Made by a program: the position numbers and the translations under genes. Of a DNA stretch of 64,000 nt, positions 56,136 to 64,000 are shown piece by piece. The notes below the pieces were generated by a model, which was not told where the DNA came from, ran no database searches, and worked only from the letters and a program-made list of their open reading frames with translations. Source of the DNA: Octopus sinensis (taxonomy: Eukaryota); assembly GCF_006345805.1 (NCBI RefSeq), contig NC_043003.1:98270001-98334000 (forward strand), written 5' to 3'. Within the stretch, counting starts at the first letter, position 1. Every line of letters begins with the position of its first letter.

Positions 56136-56519
56136 ATAATAATAATAATAATAATAATAACAATAATAATAATAATAATAATAATATAATAATAATAATG
56201 ATGGCAACAGCAATTAGTGCAGATTCACAGATATCGTGTGCCTGTTGGACTCCTATTTTCTTATCTGTCATTGCTTGTTCAGGCGATGACAAATGTATAT
56301 ACTGCAACTTTTCACTTGAGATAATCACTAAACACGGTCACCCAATTTACTTGCAAAACTGTATGTAAGTAAGAGTGTATGAGAATATAATCTTATGCAT
56401 AGGTATACACACATAAACACCTACATATGAAGGGTGCGACAGGTATTTGAGAACAAGACTTTTAAGAAACATAAGTGGCCCAGACCTTAAATAAACTGCC
56501 TCTTCTGGATCAGCCCCAA

Positions 56520-56715
56520 CATGGAAGCTTTGAATCTAACGCCGACGATGTAAAGGCATGCTGTTCTCATCACCTTAGCCGTCAACCAATGTGTTCTGTG
56601 TTTGCAATCTTCTTAAATAACGACAGATCCTACATGTCCAAGATCAGAAAAGAGTCCATGGACTCCGGCAGCAATGTATCTTCCAGGATCAAAAGAAAAC
56701 TCATTCTCGATAGTC
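56520..56715 (+). mobile_element. Tc1/mariner-like transposase N-terminal remnant
   Basis: LTPTM*RHAVLI..AIFLNNDRSYMSKIRKE..KRK resembles the N-terminus at 63588. Confidence 0.45.
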
Positions 56716-56850
56716 GGACACGCACACATGCACGCGCGCGCACACACAGACATGAGAAGGCACACACACACACATATAATATAATATAATATAATATAAT
56801 ATAATATAATATAATATAATATAATATAATATAATATATATATATATATA

Positions 56851-56896
<46 letters not shown>

Positions 56897-56897
56897 A

Positions 56898-56954
<57 letters not shown>

Positions 56955-56958
<4 letters not shown>

Positions 56959-57638
56959 AGATAAGAGAATGGAGAAATACATCTAAATCAAATATCAATT
57001 ACAGGATAATACTCAATCACATTTACAAAAATATCACAAGGCCTCTTCGGAGATTATGTAATATAACTCAGTCTACATATATACCCACATGGGTGTGGGT
57101 GCGTACCCACAATACAACATATATATATACATATGAGTGCATATACTCACACATATTTTTATATGTATAGGAGTGTGAGTATATGCACTCATATGTATAT
57201 ATATATGTTGTATTGTGGGTACGCACCCATGTAGGTATATATGTAGACTGAGTTATATTACATAATCTCCGAAGAGGCCTTGTGATATTTTTGTAAATGT
57301 CTCATTTATATCTATATATTGACCAACCATAAAGGGCTAATATTGGTAAAATGAGACATACTTATCGACATGGCCGAAACAGCTGTAAGATCTAATTTAT
57401 ACTTATATTTATATTTACTTGTATTTATATTCTCTTTTATATATATTCTACTTATTATACAACATTACTCTTTTATGTACACTTTTTTATGTACATTCAT
57501 TTATGTACACTGATTTGTTCTGCTTTTTATATTTAACCCTACAGTCTCTTATGTGGTGGTTTAATAAAGTATGTGATTGAGTATTATCTGGTAATTGATA
57601 TTTGATTTAGATGTATTTCTCCATTTTCTTATCTTGTA
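56955..57638. mobile_element. Nested fold-back element with hammerhead-like motif, adjacent to (TA)n
   Basis: Outer inverted repeat 56955-57022 / ~57572-57638; inner hairpin 57019-57131 / 57173-57300; ATCT-CCGAAGA-GGCC..GGCC-GAA-ACAGCTGT-A-AGAT at 57265-57391. Confidence 0.78.
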
Positions 57639-58570
57639 TTAGTAATTTGTGGTAAATCATTTTACCTTTGCCCATATAATACAGTAAATGAATTGATTGC
57701 ATCGCAAACATTAACATTTATGTATTAACTTTGTTGGGTACTTCACTAGCAGTATATTGGATATATGTTATCCCATAGAGGGTTGCATTTACAACCCCTA
57801 TCTCAATTTGTATATATATATATGGGAAGGCACGAGGCCTAGTGGTTGGGGCGCTGCACTAACGATCGCCAGATCATGGGGGCAAGATTCACGGACCAGG
57901 TGGTCCATCGTTTTCTTGAGCAAAGCACATCATTTCACGCTGCTCCAGACCACTCAGCTGTATTTGGTAACCCTGCTACGAAATAACGCTCCCATCAGGA
58001 GGAATGCTGGCCTGCTTTCCTAGCCAGCAGAGTGGCATCATTCAAAAATAAAACAATATGAAGTGCATTGTGACTGGCGATGTACAACAACATCCGATTG
58101 TCTGCTCGATTCCGTGATGCAGTGATATATAAATGTAGATGGATATGCATTAGCGTATACAACGGATATACAATTAAACATAGGTCTACACACATGAACA
58201 TCTATGTGTGTGTGTGTGTGTGCGTGGATGCGTATATATATATATATATATATAAAGTAATTATCTACCAATATGCATCAGCATATGCAAATATAGATGT
58301 ATGTTCACACTCACATGCACACACAGATCTTGCTGTGTATTTGCTCGTAAGAAAGGTCGCTTACAGTTATTAAATGAAGGTACTAGGAAGTAGCGTGTAA
58401 TTTTACTTTTTCTTAGTTGTAATCTAAACAGAAAATTAGCTGTGTAAACTTAATAGAAAAATATGCCTATTTATATACACATATGTGAGTGTGTGTGCAT
58501 GTGTATGTGAAAATTGATTTATAAAGATGTATATATATGTACAACTTCATCTCATGGCTCTCTTTTTGTA

Positions 58571-58711
<141 letters not shown>

Positions 58712-58767
58712 TACACATATATACATATATATATATATTTATTATATATTTGTAAATGTTGACATAT

Positions 58768-58798
<31 letters not shown>

Positions 58799-58855
58799 CA
58801 ACTCCTACGCTCTCTTTTTTATATATCTCTCTCTCTATGTATATATACATACATA

Positions 58856-58905
<50 letters not shown>

Positions 58906-59076
58906 TATATACATATATACATATATATATATATAATATATATATATATAATATATATATATATACATACATTATATATATATATATACATACATACACA
59001 TATTTATTATATATTTATAAATGTAACCTAATATATATGTGTATATAGGGATATATATATATATATATATATATAG

Positions 59077-59111
<35 letters not shown>

Positions 59112-59704
59112 ATATATATATAGGTATGTATATGTATATATGCATATAAATGTAATGAGAGGAAGAGAGAGCGAGAGTGAGAAAGATCGAGTGTGAGCAA
59201 GATGAGAATGATAAATTTCCATTAATGATTGGGTAAAGCACGTTGCTCTATTGGCAGTCAGCAGCTTCACTGATAAAATATTAGGATTGCTGTGAATGCC
59301 TCTGGTCTCTATTGTTGGAAAGAAATGAGAGATTCTTGCGACTGGGCTAACCAGGGCTTTTATCAACAAAAAAACAAAAAAAAACCCCAAAAAACTTCCA
59401 AGTAAAACTAGATACATAGATAAAAATATGCTTGCAACGCTCATCTCTGCACATACATACAGTCATACGCATGCACATGTGTTTTTATAAACATGCACAC
59501 TTATGTATTTATTTATTCATGTTTTATATGTGTGTATGTGTGTGTGTACTTGCTGGCTTTTGTTTATATGTGCATGTATTATATGTGTGTGTATGCACGT
59601 ATACATATATCGATATATATATGATGATATGCCTATATGTTCTTTAGGAGCTTAGTTCAGTTTCCACATACATATACACATACACACACATACCCCCCTC
59701 ACAC

Positions 59705-59758
<54 letters not shown>

Positions 59759-59810
59759 AGATAAATATATTTGTTTGCTTGTGTACATATGTATATACAG
59801 ATATATAGTC

Positions 59811-59845
<35 letters not shown>

Positions 59846-59884
59846 CATACATACATACATATATATATATATAAATACACATAT

Positions 59885-59922
<38 letters not shown>

Positions 59923-60051
59923 TACGCATATAAAAAATATATATATATAAATACACATATAAAATATATATATAAATATAATATATGCATATATTTTATA
60001 TATAATATATTAATATATTATGATTTATATGATATAATATAAATATATACA

Positions 60052-60676
60052 TACGATGGGAAGTCAAAGATTATCCGTACTTTCTCCATTACATATCTTT
60101 ATCATTGTCAAACTGCCTTCTTATAGTTGGTACTATTGTGGTCTCATGATCGAAGTTTGAGCCTGATCGCGCCATTTTTCTTTCAGGCTTTACAGAGTAA
60201 GCATGGTAGCTCCAGTAGCAATGTGCACCAAAGAAAAATAAAGAACAATGATCCGATTTCTCTGGTCGAAAGGTGTGTCAAGTGTTGAAACTTATCGGAG
60301 GTTTTTAGCACAATACGGGGACAGTGACCTACCGCGTAGAAGTGTGTATGAGTGGATCGAAAAGTTTAAAAGTGGCCGGACAAGGGTGACGCACGGGGAG
60401 GGAACAGAACGCCCGTCAACCTCCACCACTGACGAGAAGATTTAGCAAGCTCGAGAGGGGGTAATGATATTTGTTCTCCTTTGGTGCACATTGCCAGTGG
60501 AGCGGACATGCTTTAACTGTAAATCCAGAAAGAAAAAATAGCGTGATCAGGCTCAAACTTCTATCACGTGACTAGAATAGTACCAATCATAAGCACGCAT
60601 GCGCAGAAGGCAGAGTGACAATAATAAAGATATGTAATTGTGAAAGTGCGGATAACGTTTTGACTTCCCTCGCATA
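60052..60676 (+). mobile_element. Mariner-derived fold-back MITE built from two 5' ends
   Basis: TA-flanked TIR CGA.GGGAAGTCAAA / TTTGACTTCCCTCG; left part encodes the mariner HTH N-terminus (IRFLWSKGV..VYEWIEKFKSGRT..RPSTSTT); 60468-60676 is an inverted copy of 60052-60248. Confidence 0.85.
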
Positions 60677-60883
60677 TATATATATATATACACACTTAAG
60701 TACTCCAAATATATCCCAAAATAGAAATTCTACGGCATACCTCGAGGCACTGTGTGATCGGACTGAAAATTCTCTTAGAATTAGAGAGTCCGGAGAGTGA
60801 GAGGGTACTTAAGTGAACTCATGACTTAGTGTTTACTTCTTCCATGGGTGTAAGTAAGTATTTCATTTATTTTTTTATCGTAT

Positions 60884-60945
60884 TTATCGCTGACGACGAG
60901 AAAATTCTAAATGAATTAACTCAGAAATCGGGGCCGATTCGATAA
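60884..60945 (+). ncRNA. Minimal type-I hammerhead ribozyme (diverged homologue of 51104-51163)
   Basis: TTATCG-CTGACGA-cGAG..CTCa-GAA-ATCGG(GG)CCGAT-T-CGATAA; the first pair of helix II is a mismatch. Confidence 0.68.
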
Positions 60946-61508
60946 TAACGAAATTTTTTAGAAATTTCTGTCGGCCTGCTTTGAGACGCGCGCTTATAGT
61001 GATGAATTATATGGTTATTGACGATTTAAGTCTATTTTCGGCATATTTGGCATTATAATTTTTTCTTTTGCCCTTGTTTATAAGTTGTTTATAAATTTAA
61101 CCTTTAAAGGTATTTTTTAATATGTTGGCCATTGATAAATTTTTTCGAAAATTTTATCGTATATTAGATGTATATATATGACGGCACAGATAATACGATG
61201 ATTATGGTATGAACTTCATTAGCTGTTTTTACTATACGATGGAGTACCAGTTCATACACACACGCGCGTGCACGCACACACACGCACATATATCAGAAAA
61301 AGCATTTATGAATTATGGACTCACATCGGTTTCTAATTTGCATTTTGGTTGCGTTCGTGGTTCAGTTTACTCAATCTATCGTTTAAGCGATTGAAAATAT
61401 AGAGAATGCCCATCAAAATACTACCATTGTCAGTATCCAGCACATCAACTACCAGAGTAAATGAAAATAGATATATTTGTGTGTATGTTTCTAAGTATGT
61501 ATATATGC

Positions 61509-61577
<69 letters not shown>

Positions 61578-61657
61578 TGTACATACATGCATTCAAACAA
61601 ACATACGTATAGTGATATATATATATGTGTGTGTGTGTGTATATGCATGTATGTGTG

Positions 61658-61693
<36 letters not shown>

Positions 61694-61695
<2 letters not shown>

Positions 61696-61797
61696 CGAGA
61701 AGGTGTATGAAAAGTTTTGAGCCTTCAAGCCCTTTGAGCCTTGAAGTCTTGTACCATGTTTTTTTTGAGGCTCAAGACTTTTCATACACCTCTCGTA
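61694..61797. mobile_element. ~104 bp mariner-type MITE
   Basis: TACGAGAAGGTGTATGAAAAGTTTTGAGCCT / AGGCTCAAGACTTTTCATACACCTCTCGTA terminal inverted repeats with TA at both ends. Confidence 0.82.
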
Positions 61798-62110
61798 TGT
61801 GTATAATGACATCATAGTTTCAAAAACTTGCATTTCAGACTGCAATAAAATACTGTATTTTAGTCTCCTATAACTATTGGTTTCAAATTCGGAGAGTGTT
61901 AAGTCGAGTACATTGACCCCAGTATTTGACTGGTACTTATTCTATCGACCTCAGAACGATAAAAGTCAAAGTCGACCTCAGCGGAATAGTCACTTATATA
62001 TATAAAAATATGTGTAGGTGTGCTTGATTAATTGTCAGATTAACGTGAAGTATATGTTGAATTGAAAGATTATTGAATGAATATTAGATTGAGGTTATCA
62101 CAGACAGATA

Positions 62111-62168
<58 letters not shown>

Positions 62169-63587
62169 AAGATAATTAGTTGCAGAGAAACGTAGGATAT
62201 AAAATTGAAATGTAAAGTGCTTGTGAGGGCGAGTGAAAGAAATAGTTTGGGAAGTATATGAATGCACATGTCTTTTGATTGTTAAAGATGCATTTCAGTC
62301 TATGAAAACGTTGGTCCTTTAATATTTATTATTTAGGAATAGATTCATCAACGGTTTGCTAGGTCATGGAGAAAAAAACTAAGGTAGAATAATATTTTTG
62401 AATCATTATATTAGCTATTTTGTTTGATATCTATGCAAAAATTTATAGCTGTTTATTAAAAATGGATGATTGTACTTCCATTTAAAGAAGAGAAATGGGA
62501 AAGGGAAAAGGACCCCTTTCGGTCATGAATAACCATAGGATTGCGCCTGGAAAATTACCCTCCGAGGCACAAGTCCGGGCAAGGCTGTTTATGGAAGACC
62601 AACAGTCGCCCATGCATAACATCCTTCCCTCTCCACGCCACCGATGTTATCCAAAGGAAAGACAAAGGTCGATACAACTTGAAATCAGTGACATCGCAAC
62701 TCATTTCAAAAGGTGAATGAACTGGAGCAACGTGAAATAAAGTGTCTTGCTCAAGAACACAGCACACAGCCCGTACAATTTATAATATTCATAAAATATT
62801 TATTGTTTTCTTTACTATTGGGGATATTTATTCAGATACAAGTCTGCATTGCTGTAAAATTTATATGTCCCATATATCAGAAAAATAATAAACTATATCT
62901 TTAAAATGTAGAGTCGCTGGGGCACTGAATTCAGATAGATGTCTTCGGCACTACTTAGACCTGGCAGGACTCATCATTCTGTGAGTCTGACAACAGCAGA
63001 TTTCTTTCAGAAGAGCGACATGCAGACAAACAGAAAGAGAAGAATCGACTCCAGTACGGAAATAGTACATTATTTATCGATTCTGACAGGGTAGAAGGCA
63101 AAGCTGATCCGGCGGGATTTGAACTCAGTGCGTAGAGAAGTGGTAGGATTACTGCAGAGTAATCTATCCGATGCTTTAATGACTCTGCCAATGAATCGCT
63201 TATCCGTTCTTTACTTACTCTGAAATAATCATTCACCCAAATATCTTTAGCAAATAACTTTATTCAACCCATATAACTAACAAAATACGACCAACTTAGT
63301 ACTAATCCTCAAAATATTTAAATAGATAAAAATGCAAAAGAGATATTATACACTGCATACACTGTCGGATATTTCATTGATCTTCATTTGAATTATCTGA
63401 CCTTGCAAAATATCGTAAATTCTGTCGCTCATCACTACAACTACAGTACAAAAGTTCATTACCATCAGCATTTTTATTTGTATTAAAATTATTGTTTTAA
63501 GTTATCAGCAATACAAGGTTCGGTGGGTGTTTTAGGACACATTATCTGTATATTACCCTCTTCAAATTGATTTCTTTCAGATCCTCC

Positions 63588-64000
63588 GTGACAGATAGAA
63601 AGCTAACCCAAGAAAAGATATGCAATTATTGTTGCCGTGTGAATATAGAACACAGCGATTTAGGAATTGCCAACTTTCTAAACGTTGCAATTTCTTTTGT
63701 ACACAAAGTCTGGATGGACTTGGAAAATCCTCTAGCGGGAATGTTTAAACTGTATCAAGAAGTAAAATGAAAACAACAAAAACAAAAAGAACAACCAAAA
63801 AAACCAAAGCACAAACAAACAAAAAACGTTCTAACCGTTCGGAAACTATGAGGACATCACAATTCATTAAACATTCAAAACCTCGATGAAAATCCTGGAA
63901 AATCAATGAGGGCTATCGCTCGAGAATTGTAAATGTCGGAGTTGACTCTTTAGATTGTAGTGCCCGAGGTCTTTCGATATAAATCGTATGTCGTGAGGGA
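63588..64000 (+). mobile_element. Tc1/mariner-like transposase N-terminal (HTH) remnant, running off the window end
   Basis: KLTQEK..EHSDLGIANFLNVAISFVHKV, then DENPGKSMRAIAREL..FRYKSYVVR with stops and frameshifts. Confidence 0.7.

Overview
AT-rich, microsatellite-saturated animal genomic DNA. The tRNA-derived SINE families, degraded Penelope elements and TAA-targeting LINEs look like an octopus/cephalopod genome; this is an inference from repeat recognition, not a search result. No host protein-coding gene or structural RNA gene can be supported, and almost all track ORFs are translated microsatellites. The window contains: (1) a ~15 kb direct segmental duplication (copy A ~2330-17140, copy B ~19758-34968) with many copy-specific insertions and deletions; (2) several R4/Dong-like RLE-clade non-LTR retrotransposon pieces sitting in (TAA)n; (3) two degraded Penelope-like RT/GIY-YIG elements; (4) Tc1/mariner fragments and two mariner-derived MITEs; (5) a non-autonomous Helitron with a tandem 5' end; (6) many SINEs. 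The most interesting signal is a set of non-coding, often fold-back elements in or next to (TA)n tracts that carry minimal type-I hammerhead ribozyme motifs with palindromic helix III. Intact-looking ones are at 19414-19459, 19016-19061, 23978-24035, 51104-51163 and 60884-60945, and the last two show compensatory base-pair changes. These look like non-autonomous Penelope/retrozyme-like elements. All alignments and folds were done by eye, so boundaries are approximate.
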